From Camelus dromedarius (lineage: Eukaryota), in assembly GCF_036321535.1 (NCBI RefSeq), contig NC_087437.1, positions 24,554,001 through 24,618,000 on the forward strand: 64,000 nucleotides of DNA, written 5' to 3'. The translations under genes were made by a program, and so were the position numbers. Shown piece after piece: positions 1-13,300 of this stretch; the first letter of the stretch is position 1, and the number at the start of each line of letters is the position of its first letter. Under the pieces are notes generated by a model, which was not told the origin of the DNA, did not search any database, and saw only the letters and a list, made by a program, of their open reading frames with translations.

Positions 1-794
1 ACATATCCTACTGTCTATAAAAACTTGGTGGAAAGAATTTGATGAATGTGTCTAATTGGTTTAACCCGCCAACTATTCAGAAGAAGAAAAGCTCCGTCAT
101 TTGCCTTAATTAAGTTTTTTTTTTTTTAAAGTCTCTGCCTCTAATGATCCTAGAAACCGCGAAGTTCAGCACCAGCATCTGTGTCACTTTAATTATCTTG
201 TTTATTTGTTGGGGATGTGGCGAAGTTACCCAATATTTTCCGACATACTTTCCAACTCATAGGGGAGCCCCGCGAGCAGAGCAGGCTCCTGTCCAACCCA
301 GAGGACCAGTGCAGCGTTTGGAAAGTTAAGGGTGAGCCGCCTGGGTGGGGGGAGGCGGCTTCCAGTCCCTTCTGCCATGCGCGCCCCCGAGCGCCAGCTA
401 TTTGAAGAATTTGGACCACCGCCTGAGGAACAATTTGCCATCGGATTTGTCCTCGGCAAATGTCTCACCAAACGAAAACAAAAACAAAAAGCAAAACCTT
501 GTAAGTTGCAAATAAGGGTTCTGGAAAGAGGGCTGCTGCAAATCCTCCACACACTTGACCGTTCGGGGGGACTCGGGGTCCCCTTGTAACCCGCCCTTAG
601 GACTCCGCACTGAACGACAAGGAAAAGCCGCTTGGTGCATCCCCTCCCCAGCTGGCCAGGGCCGAGGCTCCCACGTTCATTCAAAGGTTTTCTTGTAATT
701 CCTACAGTTTTCCTGGTGAGGGAAACCGGAAGACACATTTCCTGGAGTCTGGTAGTTGGTTTGGATTTCCCCCACCCCATGCCCGGCAAAGCAC

Positions 795-795
<1 letters not shown>

Positions 796-826
<31 letters not shown>

Positions 827-851
827 ACAGACAGACAGACAGACAGACACA

Positions 852-882
<31 letters not shown>
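796..882. repeat. Compound microsatellite (CAGG)n(CAGA)n(CA)n
   Basis: Directly visible tandem repeats. Confidence 0.95.
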
Positions 883-3800
883 GCAATTAGAGCCAATGTC
901 AGAATGCTTAAAACTCACCCATTCTTCGTGTTAAACTTTGACAATTAAGCTTGGATGGGCTGGGACCTCAATGCCTCCATCGCACCCCCCCACCCCTTCC
1001 TCTCACATGTCAGGAAATTTGTAGTCTAGAGTCAAAGGTTTTTATTCAGTCAGGTGCTAGGGCTTTTTTTCAGCAGCAACATCCTGATAGCATTTTAAAA
1101 TGTTGGTATGATTTTTGCCTCCAAATTTCTAAATCTAGGAGCTTGTTAAACAAGAGGAAGAAGCCACCTAAGCCAGATGAATGGTCTTATGCTCCAATGT
1201 CTGGCAGACATTTGTTATTCAAAACAGAATTTAATAATTTTTCTCTAAATAGAGAAAAAGGATTATGAGGGAATTAGCACCAAACACCCAGAGAAGAGCA
1301 GAGAACTTTTCTTCCCCCAGATCAAGGAAGCAAGTGACTGACTCTTTGGCAAGTGTTATTAGCCACAGCTCTGGACTTGGGCTCTGTCATTTGAGGTGGC
1401 TCAAGCTTGTCTCTCTGAGGATCTGAACTGCTTTGTTGACTTTGGATTCAGTGCCGGGCTTGAAAGACAGGCCCCAGGCAGCTGGACAAGCCTTGGACTT
1501 GAACTGAATTCCAAGAAGTGTGTCCCACAAATCCCTCTGAGTCTGGAGAGTGTGTTTGGGTGGAGATGGGCCTGGGAGCTGTAAGGGGCCTCATCTCAAG
1601 AGCCACCCCTGTACTTCATCACATGCTAGCTGCTCTGAATCTCCCCTCAGCCTGCACCCCTCTATCTCTGGGCTCTGGGCTTCAGGAGGGAAAAGTCATT
1701 TCACCCTAGTGACCTCTGGCTCTGGGTCACAGGTTGAAGATGCCCTGTACTTCTGGGAGAGCCTGTGTTGGACAAAACCAGTCTAAAACTCTGGATCCCA
1801 TGCTCACAGTACCCCCTCCCCACCCTTCCGGGTTCTGGGAGAGCAGGTGTCATGGGAGAGGGTGTTGAAGTTTCAACTTTCATCCTCAGGAGAAATTCAG
1901 GCCCCTAAAGTGCCGCCTAGGCGGTTGAAACCTTGGAACATTCCTGTCAGGCCCACTGAGTAAGCTCAAGACCAACTCCCCTACTTGGCAGCTCAGGAAA
2001 CATACTACCCTGGTCCCTTTCCTCACCTTCTGTCTTGGGACTCATCCACCAGCTTCTCCAAGACAGACCACTGGGGCGGGATAAACAAAGATGCCCTGTT
2101 TAACAAGATCATTCTTGCTTTCAGCTTAATGGTGATATCCAACTTACTATTCTTTTGTTCTGTAATAAGGTTCTTCCCACTCCCATTCTTGGGAAGGGAG
2201 GGTTTTTTTTTTTTTCCTGCCCTCAACTGTCCCCCAGGTGCTGGATTTTTTGCACCCGTGCTCTGTTACATAAGGAGAAAAACTGTCCAGAGAGGCTAGG
2301 CTTCTGAAGGAGAGACAGAAGACAAGCCCTGGTGGCCTGGGGAGGCGGGGAGAGGGGGATGGGATGTACAGCCTGCTCGGGTCTGTTTTTGTGCACAGAG
2401 TTGGCGCCGGGGCAGGGACGGAGTCTCCAGCTCCGGCCAGACAATGGGTGGCTGGACAGCTGCGGACTCTACAAAGGAGCCCCTGGGCCGCCGCACTGTT
2501 TACTTAGTGTCGGGCCTGACCCTGGGGCCGCTGGTGGCCAGTACAGATGCTGATCCCACCATGGGAACCAGCTTTCTCCCCTTCGTGGTCCTCTCCGGCC
2601 CGCGCGTGTTTGCAAACAACTTAATTGACTTCTCTAATATTAGTCTGCTGGCCTTGGCTTTGGAGAAATCGAAGGGGAGACTTGCGGTGCAAAGGCCTCT
2701 GGAGGTTTGGCTCCCCCCCACACACACACACACAGGTCCAGGTTATCTGGCTGATTATCTCCGCTTCTTTCCGGAGGAAGTGGCAAATCTCCAGCTTTTG
2801 AAAACTTACTGTTTTTATTTCCCAGCCACAAGGTCTGGAAGAAGCTGGACAGCAAGCCCACAGCTGCACCGAGGATGGGAGCAGCCCTTTTTCCAGAGAG
2901 CTTGTGCGTGCGCACATGCACACGCACACAGTGCAGGCCAAGCCTAAGAATTCTCTTTGTGCACGTGGAGAAGACATTTATCTAGAACTGCTCTTCTGCT
3001 GGTACATTAGTAATCCCATCCCTGACTTTCCAAGTGGCCTTAGATTTAAAAAGTAAAGTGGAAGCCAGCTAGCCTTTCTTGCCAAGAATATCTTCAAAAC
3101 ATTTAGAATTTGTTTCTTAGATGTGCAAATTGAGGAACTGTAGGGCAGGAGATGCCTCACTTAACTGCCCCCCCCCAAAGTCTTTCCCTTTGGAGAGCCC
3201 CTCTCTTGGCAGATCTGCCAGGAACCCACATCTGCATAGACAACTACTGGGGCTGCCCTAAACCCCCCCCCCATCCAGAGGGTCCTATATCCCACTGCGG
3301 TCCACATCTAGGCCTAAAGATCCTTCTGTCTCCTCCCCACGCCAGAACTGCCACACTAAGCCTTTGATCGCCCTGAGCTTAATTTCGTGAAGCAAGAAGC
3401 CAGCTTAACACAACTTCCCTTCCCCTAATTTCAGCAGACCTCACTTTTCCTAAATGCCCCTGTAGGACTGAGGGTGAGGGTGGGTTTTTTGTCCAGGAGC
3501 TCCTTCTATGAGGAGGGCCGGGCTGACACCTCCACGGAGACCCACTGGAGAAGACGGCTGGAAGCTAGGCTGGGGCAGAGGCAGCGGAGTTCCTGGTGCC
3601 CCCGCTCCTCCTTTTATTCCCCTTCATGACATTGTTCGCAATGACGGTCTAGTTCAGATATGACGAGGCCAGCGCCTCCCTTGAAATGGAAACAGAGGAC
3701 TGAATAAAGAAGAAAAAAGTACTTTGTAGTCTGCATCGTCCATCTTTAATTCAGAGACGCATCTATACTCCAGGGAGCTCTGCCTTTGATCTCTTTGATT

Positions 3801-3964
3801 TTTTTTACACCAGATCTGTTATGGACTAAAATTCCTAGGTTTTCCATAGAAACATCTCCATTCCTTCGGGATATTGATGTTTTCTTCTTCCTGGGGGTTA
3901 TGATATGGTAAATCAGATTCAGAAAAGAAGGGACAATGCCAGCATTCATGGGCCTGGGGTGGGG

Positions 3965-4115
3965 TTTTCTCTCCGCTTCCCCCTCCCTCCTTCTCTTATA
4001 TTCTGCCTTCTCTTTCCCTCCCTCGTTCATTCATATTTCCCTCTCTCTCCCTCCCTCCTCCTCCTCTCCTTCTTCCTTTCCTCCTCCTTTCTTTCTTTGC
4101 TTCATTTTCACCCAG
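3965..4115 (+). repeat. Polypyrimidine low-complexity tract
   Basis: About 150 nt almost entirely C/T. Confidence 0.8.
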
Positions 4116-4854
4116 TTGTTCCCGGGAAACCGAAATCGGATAGAGATTCTGGTCTCTACAAGCCTTTTCAAGCGCCTTCAACTTTGGCGGCGGCAGCAGC
4201 AGGTTGCGTTGCCATGGAGACCGTACTGTATGGCGGCCGGCGGCGGCGGCGGCCGCAGCTCGAATCCCCCAAACAATGCCGCGCCAAGTGCAGGTTTCTC
4301 GCCCTTTTCCGTGCACTTTTCCCTTCTAATGGGGGCTAGTGGCCTCAAATGGGCGCTGCATCTTGACACGACAACAATCCCTACCCCCTCTCTTTTTCCC
4401 CCTCCCCTGCTTTTCCTTCCTCCCACCCCGTCTTTGATCTATTAAAAATCGAAAGAACAAAGTCACAGAGGAAAGTTGGGTTTTGTTGTGGCTGCCACTG
4501 CACAAAATGGGGCTCTTCAAACAGTGTGGTGGAACCGAGGTCTGACAATGCTGATCCAGGATTGGTTGTAAGTACGGGTCAAACTGGACAGCTCTATACA
4601 AGAGAACGCAAACTATAACCAGACCCGCCAAGGGGCAGCCAGGCTCTCCGTCTCAAACTGGCTGCAGCTAGGAGCTTCTGGTGGCCAGAGCTGCCTTCCG
4701 TCAGGCTCCAAGTGCAAGATGGGTGAGATCAGGGTTCTGAAGAGACCCCCAGGTGAGGAAACACAAGGACCCAAAGCTAGAATATATGCTCAATCCTAAA
4801 TCATCTGACAAAGCTCCTGCATGGCATTGGACTCTGCCCAGATCTGGACACGCT

Positions 4855-4910
4855 TCAACTTCCTCCACAGTGCTTGGCACTCAGCGGGTGATCAATAAAT
4901 AATCACTGGT
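4855..4910 (+). mobile_element. L2/MIR-like 3' end fragment
   Basis: cacagtgcttggcactcagcgggtgatcaataaata resembles the shared L2/MIR 3' terminus; short and diverged. Confidence 0.45.
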
Positions 4911-7370
4911 TGTCCTCGCCACTGGTGCTCTGTCAAACCCTCCGCTAGAGGGCAGGAGAGGGGGTTACACGCTAGAAGGCTAGAAACAATCAACAGCCAC
5001 ACTTTGCCCTAAAGGATGACTAGATGATTGGGGGAAATGCCAAACCATCTGTAAACCGACATTCAATTTGGGAGTTTTTCTTTCCCAAAGTGACAGTAGC
5101 ATTAATATTATTATTATGGTCGGATGTCATTTGCCACTATTATTTCTGATGAGACATCTCTAAGAAAAAACATACCTGCATCATTTTCCCAAAACCAAGA
5201 CCATTGTAAAACCCTCAACCTTGAGATACTTCACACATTTCTCTAGATAATATTTTCATCACTCACGATTTAAATATAGTAGCAATATTAATTGAACTGG
5301 TTACATCTGGGTCTAAAATGCAGACAACATATTTGTAGATTAATTTTGTCCCAGGGAATTTTCCATTTAAATAGAAGAAAACACAAATAGGTTTGCATTA
5401 CGTTCATCTCAATTTAAAGTCAATAAGAAAATTGGACTTTATATGCTTCAAAATTTTACTCAGTTTCGATTAAACACTAAGTATCTAATTCCTGTGGAAA
5501 CCTCTGGCTTTCTGTATTTAAAAGCTCCAGTTTGCAATAAAATTGGATAAAATCTCCAATTTGTGATAAAATAAAGGATAATATACAGAGACCATAAAGC
5601 TAGAGAAAGGAAAGCAAGACCAACTTGAAATCTTTAAAATAGGGACGGCTGGGTTGTTTTGCTAGTGTGATGTCTTACCTAGCATTTCTCAAGGAGCTGG
5701 TGTGCTTATGATCCCCATTTGAAAGTGGTAAACAATTCAAAATACAAGTCCTGGTTGAACCTGACCACTTCAAGGTTGTGGTCAGTAACACTCACTTGTT
5801 GTGGTACAATCATTGGGTGAAAAATCTCAGGGAAATCACCAAACTGGGAATTTCTGGTAACATCAATCTCACCAGCACTTTATACACTATATAATCTTAA
5901 AGGAGCAGACTTTTTTAAAAAAAATAAAATTGAATATAAACCTTACGCATTTGAAAGTTTTATGTTTACTATGAGTGAAAAATTTTACCTTTATTCATCA
6001 ATGTCTTTCTTGTAAATCATCCATTTAATAAATATTCTAAGAGGTAAAAAAAATTAGCCATGTTTGTAATGTTTTTGGCTAGAATACAACTAAAAAGACA
6101 TGCTAGCAAATTTGACAAGATTTTTTTGACACTTGACAAGATTAAAATTAACTTATTTTCAAACCAGGAAAAAAAAATCTATGCATTAATAAAATTCGTC
6201 ATTTTTAATGACAGGATTATAAGAGAAATATGTTAATGCAATTAGGTTTTTCCTAATGCATATTAGGACAGTATAATTACTTGTAATATGAGGAGAGAAG
6301 AGGGGAAATCTGGAGGTATCTAAGAGTTGCTAAGAATTTGTGAACATAGAAAGGGCTGTACAAACTCTAGCCAAGATCTCAGAACTTTAATCCTTAGATT
6401 ATCACCTCCAGAGGCAGACTAGAAATTTCCACCATGGTCATTAAATCTAGAGAAAATGAGAATGAAAACTGTTGGCAAAATCAGCTAGGAGCAAAAATGT
6501 AGATATTCTTGACCCAAGTGACCAAGATTTGGTATTTAAATTGTCAGGTAACTCAAATATAGAATAAACTATTGCCTAGCATTCTGACTGCTTATGGTAT
6601 GTGGTCTCTAGCTGGTTAAGCATATCACATCGATACACACAAAGAATGTTTAATTTTAATTTTTATATGTTTTCCCTCCTTCATATACACACCTTTGCAG
6701 TTCCAAATAAATTAAGAAAACCATTCCTTAGATAACTGAAAAGGCAGAACATGAACTGGCAGTAAGTTTCTGGACCACCTTCCAACCTTCAAGAAAGACT
6801 GAAGGGAGAGGTCTATGATGCCTCTTCACAGGCAGATGGAGAGGCAGCAGATTACCATGGCAACCACTACCCAGGCTAGAGAAGGTGATTCTGTAGGGCC
6901 TGAGTCCTCCTGTCCATTCAGAATGATGCCTAACCACAAAGGTAGTCAACAAACCCTCTAATACACATACACACACACACCAAGCCTCACAAACAATAAA
7001 ACTACCCAGAGTGACCAGCGTCTTCAGTGACCCAAGACCTAATTCCCCCCAGATCTAAACACCACTAGCCTCATGACAAACGGACAGTGAGGGCTTAGGA
7101 AAGAGTTTCTTGACACAACCATCTTTCTTTTCTCCCTTCCTCTTGTGGAAGAAGCCCTAGCCTCAAAGATGATTTGGTCATTTTCTGAGAAACTAAACAT
7201 TCATCAGAGAAAATTCACACTTCCAAAGGATCTTCTGGCTTGGGGAATTGTTAAGGGATTATCCTCAGCTGGCCAGTATCATTTTGCTCCTGAACTTCCA
7301 TGTTCTTTGGACCTCCCTCTGTCTTCTAACTGTATAACAGGATTCCTTCCTACTGCTGAGACATACTTTA

Positions 7371-7562
7371 AATTTCCTCAAAATGTGGTCCCAGAGCAGC
7401 AGCCCCAGCATCACCTGGGAACTCATTAGAAATGCAAATTCTCAGGTCCTACCTCACATCTCCTGAGTCAGAAGTTCTGGGAGTGGGGCTCAGCAATATC
7501 TGGTTGTTTTGTTTAACAGACTCTGGGTGATTCTGAAGCTTGATCATGTTGAAGAGTCACCA
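7371..7562 (+). mobile_element. MER5A-like hAT-Charlie MITE remnant
   Basis: Matches the MER5A consensus as I remember it: ctcaaaatgtggtcc...cagcatcacctgggaactcattagaaatgcaaattctcagg...tgagtcagaa...ggggctcagcaat...ggtgattctga; about 190 nt. Confidence 0.85.
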
Positions 7563-7789
7563 GTTTAAAGAACCCTACCACCCACCCTGCTGACAAAAAT
7601 GTTCCACTTAGAAGTTTGTGTCTCTGAATTTGGGAGACAAATCTGGAAGGAGAGTCTGGGAATAGCTCTCTGAAGCTGAGACCTGAGAGCAGAGAAGTCA
7701 AATCAGAGGACTGGCTTCTAGCTGCTCCTCATGGGTGAAAAGTGAAGCGGGGGGCAGCCATATTCTCTTCTCCAAAAAGAAGTCCAGAA

Positions 7790-8395
7790 TGGGGCAGGGG
7801 AGATACTAACCTCTAGTATGGAAGGAAATGTGGAGAGAGGAGGGAATGGAGAGGAAGAGGCTGGAAGCTGGCTTCTCCAGAACAGACAGAGAGGAGCTCA
7901 AATACCACCAGGCAAAAGGCAGTCTGAGGGGCTGGCTTGTGTGCATGAGTGAGGGTAGGAGTCTGCGTGTGAGGTGTGTGAGTGGCGTGGGAGACACGAA
8001 TCAAGTGGGTGTAAGAAGTGGGGGTGATGCCAGGAGGCATATAAGGAGTGTGGAGGATGAGGAGGTGTGAAGGCAGGAGAGGGGAGTGAGGGATGTAAAA
8101 GGACCAGGGAGATGCAGAGGTGACAGAAGGGAAGGGGCTCTCCGGGGTTGTGAGAGCATGTGTAGGAGTCTAACGGGGTGTGGGGGGAAGGGGTGCGCAC
8201 GGGTGAAAGATACGAGATGGGTGAGGAGTGAGGAGGGATGAAGAGTTGGTGGGTTGCTGTGGAAGGGGTGAAAGGAAGGGAAAGGTCTGAAGGGCTGGGA
8301 AGGCGTGCGCGGAGGAGAGGATCTGTGGAGGACTGAGGGAGAAGAAGAGGGTGAGAGGGGTAAGAGGAAGTGGGAGAAGGTGAGGTTAGAGCTGG
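7790..8395 (+). repeat. G/A-rich low-complexity tract
   Basis: About 600 nt strongly G/A-skewed on the plus strand with few C. Confidence 0.75.
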
Positions 8396-11300
8396 CAAGG
8401 GCTCGCCCGGTGGTCTCCCAAGCTGCTTCGGGAGGCGGGAAGTGCAAATGAACAGGGGTCATAAAAGCGGGACGACGGCGGAGGGAGCCAGGAAAACCTT
8501 ACTCCTGGCCCCGGGCTCCCCACCAGCCGCCTTTCAGATAAATCCGAGAACGAGCCCCCACCCCTCCGCGCGCTCCCGGTACCTGCCACGCTCGCACTCC
8601 CAGGGGGATCTGCTTCAGCGAGTGGCTGACGCACACAGGCGCTCCGCGGAGCCCTATTGGCAAATTAAGGGAACGCCTGAAATGTCAGGTGAGAACGTGG
8701 TTCCCAAAAGCTTTCAGGTGTGGCCGCTTGCCCGGGTCCTGCAGCCCCCTCTAATGTTTTCACCGCTCCCTCCTCCTTCTCTCTGAATTCACAACATTTA
8801 CCAAAAAAAAAAAAAAGGATTAAAATGGGGTCCAGGCTTCTCGAAGTCAGGGATTTCTCATGACTATGCATAGGAACAGTTTCTCCGTATCCAGGTCTTA
8901 AATTTCACTTCTTGGGCGAACCTTGGCGTGACCCCTTCCAAATGCCCTGTGGCATTCACGCCCAGCTCAGTATTGCCGCGGCCTCCCCAGTCTCTCTGCC
9001 AGGTGTAGGTAATTAGGGCCTGATGTCGGATGCAATAGGCGTTGGAAATAGAAGCACAATTTATTTGGTCAGAGGCTGAATTAAAATGGAGATGAGAAAG
9101 GCTCTTTTTTTCTGTACCAGGAAAATCTAGACTTGTCACCAACCAGAGAGAATGGCTGGTCTCTGAACCCCGACTTTAACATAGCCTAACTATTCATATG
9201 CACAAATACAATGCCTGGAGGTGGCATATTTGGGCTATTTGAACTCAAGTTCGGTCGTTAAAGGTAAAATTCAAATGCCTCCAAACCATCTGTATGTTTT
9301 CACGTGCTGAGTAGAATGGAATTTAATGGCTAGTAATCGTTGAGGATTATGAAATCAATATAAGCATGTCTGCATAAATTAGGGGAAAAGAATTATCTTT
9401 GAGGGCATAGAATGGGAGGAAGGTCTAGGATGCTCACTCCAGCACCTGAAACCTAACTTTACTTTTTCAGTTTAATTTCACTGCAGAGTAAAGTATGGAT
9501 TCACAGATAGTGACAGATGTCATTTTACAGGCAAGTCAGTAAGACTATTACTAACATAGAAGTTAATCTATACTGTAGAGTCATCTAAAAGATTTTACAT
9601 TCTGTGTCAGCTAAATGCAATCACTTTACCTTTAATGAACATGTATTTCACATGCAAATGTATTTTCAGAGATTTTCTGAAATACTCAACTCATAAGAAT
9701 AAATTAGTTACCTTAATTTTTCAAAGTTACAAACTAATTTTACATCTTTTTTTTGCTCTAAGGAAACACGTTACTATAAAAGCTCAATTATTTTCAAAAA
9801 TGATTAAAATTATTTTCTCCTTTCTTCTACATTAAAGTTGTGTTACTCAAATAAGAATAGTTTGGGTATTTATGCTTTGTTTGTCTTCATTTATATCAAT
9901 AAATTACTCTATGTCTTCTTGAACACTGCTAGATAAAACCAACTACAGATATCACAATATAAATATTTAATGCTATTTTAGCTTTGGCCAGAAATATGCA
10001 CAATTTCTAGATGTCTGCCAGCAGTAGACTGAATTGATCATCTCTCATTTTTTATTCGATTCGTTATAATTGAATAATTAAGTGAATACATGGACTAAAT
10101 ACTTTAACTGGTGATACCTAGAATGTATATGAAATATGTTTTACATAACATTGATGTTTCTAATTAGTTGTGTTTTATTAAAATGTATCTACTTAAAACT
10201 AAGCAAATTTGGAAATTTCTTCAATTCCTAAACTGATTTTTACAATAACTAGACTTGAACCTGTAGTCCTCATCATGGGTTGTGGATTCTAGGTCCCAGT
10301 TCACTCATAAGCCTGAACAAATTTCATCTACCACAAGCACAGCTACAGAATAGCTAGAAATATGTTGCTAGAGGCTAGAAATGTATTACTGCCTTGCTTT
10401 CTCCATGTCATTGTAGAATATCTCAGAATAGAGTCCTCAAATGTGCATTTCTATAGCTTTAATTCCTAAATTCTCTAAAAGATTGGGGGTTGGTGAGAAG
10501 GGACAGGGAGAGAAAAGAGAATACCTGGAGTAATTTTACTTTAAATGAAACAATTTTTAAATGGTTTAAATGATTGTAATTTAAGGAAATAAGCAAATAT
10601 CCTCTGAGAACTCGAGTATGATTTCTAGGTATATCTAATTCCCTGAATTTCTAAACCTAAAGTCAAAACACACAGGCTACCATCCACATTGTTTTCTGTC
10701 AAAATTATGAAACTGTTTTGAAATGATTCATACCTACCACAGTATTAATTACATAATAAGAATAAACTAATGAGTCTTAACTATTAATTAAGAAATTCTT
10801 AACAGGAAATTATTGAAAAATAGAAGTAGTCTCCTTAATTTTCTCCTATATCACTCTTCTTTTAAGCCTCTCCATATAATTCTCTGCAAGGTGCTTGTTC
10901 TCAAATTTATCTTTTTCTTTTGAAGTCTGGGCTGGTTGTTTAGAACTTTCTGCTACTTTCATGCTCCACCAAAATTCTATGTGGAACATAGCTTTTGTTA
11001 AACAAACCTCCCCCTGTTTTGACCCATAGCCCACCAGAGAGAGAAAGTAATTTCTGCCCAACGAACAAGAGAAGGCACTTCCAAGGAGAACTGGTGACCC
11101 ATCTTCCTCTCCACCTGCAGACAGTTAAAGGAAGCCTGACAGAGACCCGGTCAATGTTTGGAGAAACCAGAGAGGCTCTCAGACATTCAAATCCGTGTCC
11201 CCAGGCTGTGGCTAGAGTTGGTGCTGCCCTGGTCAATTGCATCCTTTTGGAACGAAATAAACACTCCTCTCTCCCAAAGGAATGACACTCCCTAAAGAGA

Positions 11301-12499
11301 GTGCTACAAATGCTCCTGTTCCTTTTAATTTTTCCTCCCGGTTTCTGCAGTTCTATCTGCTCCAGAAATTAAGCCTGGAAATTGGCGAGTTTAAACCATC
11401 TTGCTGGTAATGAATGGAATGTGGAAAATTCTGAACCCAGATAGAAAGCACAGCCCAGGGAAGTTCTTTTTTTTTCCCCCCTCTGTGTCAAAGTTCAGGG
11501 AAAGGCAGCCCAGTCCTCTAAATCATTTCAGATCTACAATGTGGGGGTTAAAAGAGGGTTTAAACCAATTTTAGATTTCAACAAGATGTTTTTCTTCTCC
11601 TGCTAAAGTATTTAGTTTTATTGGAGGAAGTATTCAGAACCATAAAGCTCAGGAATCGGGAAAACTTCCCAGTCCCACAGGGTACCCAGGGCCCGGAGAG
11701 TTTCTGGACTCTCATGGCTCCTCCAGGAACAATAAATCCTCCAGGATCTTCGGGTTCATTTCCCAAACCTCCCCAATTGTCCTGAGCGTTAGTCCCTCAG
11801 TTTTCCCCACTCTTCATTCATTCACTCCCCATCTTTGTGGAAAAGTCATTTGTAAGGAACTACAGTCTAGTGCCCATTTGATCAAACAAGAATCTGTTGA
11901 CTACCCTAAACAAACTTTCTTTCACTACTGGTTTTGTTTCCTGATTATCTTATCGACTTTTTTGAAGAAGGGGGAAAAAAGCCAGAGAGAGATGTGTATT
12001 CCACACCCAAGTTGTCTTCTATTTAACCAGCAACTAGCAATCAGCCGACATTAATTTATATGGTTTGTACAAATACCTAAGCTATTTAAAAGTCTGCTCT
12101 GGGTCGTGTGTGGCAGGGAACATCTATCTGGTGAATAGGCAGTGTCACACGGTAGCATGCTCCCTTGTCAAGGCCGATTGTGTTTTAGGCAAACATTTGC
12201 GCAAACATAAAGGCAAAGGTCAAGGACTGTTCAGTCCCAGTATGTGCTAATTCACCTAGCGAACCAATGGGGCAAAAGTTGCATTTTATATGCTCGCCCC
12301 GCCAGACCCAAGCGCAGGAATCGCTCCTGCTAATGAACAAAATCATCTCCGATCCGCGATCAGTTCCCTTATCAATTTCTGTCTGGTTGCCTGAATCAAT
12401 TTCTCTAACTTCCTCGGAAATAACTGGCAAATACGTGTTTGCCAACATCTGCATCAGTTCTGCCCAACCTTCGGTGCATCACGTGTTTATTCCACGTTC

Positions 12500-13300
12500 T
12501 TGAGTAGCGGAGGACTAATAACAATAAATAAAACCTGGCTCACGGCAGACACTTGCAGGACGTGGTTTAGGGCTTAAATGAACGACCACTCGGCAAGGGC
12601 CTAAACGTTCGTGTCATGAAATACACAGCAGACCGACAATATTATTTAAACCACAGAACTGAATGCCAGAGCCGCGGGTTAATGCTAGGAAAGTGCATAT
12701 AACCATGTAACTACGCATTTGTAACACGTCTGTGGAAACGCGAGGGCGCGCGCTGCTAGCCGCCTTTCCAGTTTCTTTGGGGCCACTTTCCTACTGTTGA
12801 GCTAACACAGGGCATCGCTTTCCGGTGAAACACGCCTCTCACACTAATGTAGGTCTACGCCGCCTCAGACAGATCACCCCTAGTTCTTTTCCTAACCCCT
12901 GAAAAAAATACAAACGACTTCGAGTGTTGTCATCCTGAGCAACTCGGAAGGGGAAGACTTTTAGGGTTAAACAAACGCGCGCGCGCTCCAACCCGTAGGG
13001 TTTACTTTGCATCAATAATCATCTGGCGAGAACCAATGGCTGAGTTTTTCCAAACCGTCCATTTAAGGAAAGAGTTTTTTCCCCTGATAAACCCGAGGGT
13101 CGCAGCTGTGCGCGTCCACAGGCAAATAGTTTACAAGTGCAAAATTCATTCCTGGGAGGCGAGCCCCTGGCTCAGCTGTGGAGCGGCGCGGGGCTCGCCC
13201 GGGGCTGGAGTCCAGGACTTGTTGCCTCTGTGGCCGGAGCGCGGGTTTCCGAACCGCGGGACTCGGGCCTCCAGGGCTTCTGGGCCCGTGATGGCAGGGT
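12500..13300. promoter_or_regulatory. Intergenic CpG-rich island
   Basis: CpG enrichment, (CG)n run near 12977, CCAAT at 13034. Confidence 0.55.

Noticed and set aside
226..934. ORFs with CVCVCV / LPAC repeats
   Set aside because: Translations of the compound microsatellite.
7806..8462. Ser/Pro/His-rich minus-strand ORFs
   Set aside because: Products of the G/A-rich low-complexity tract.
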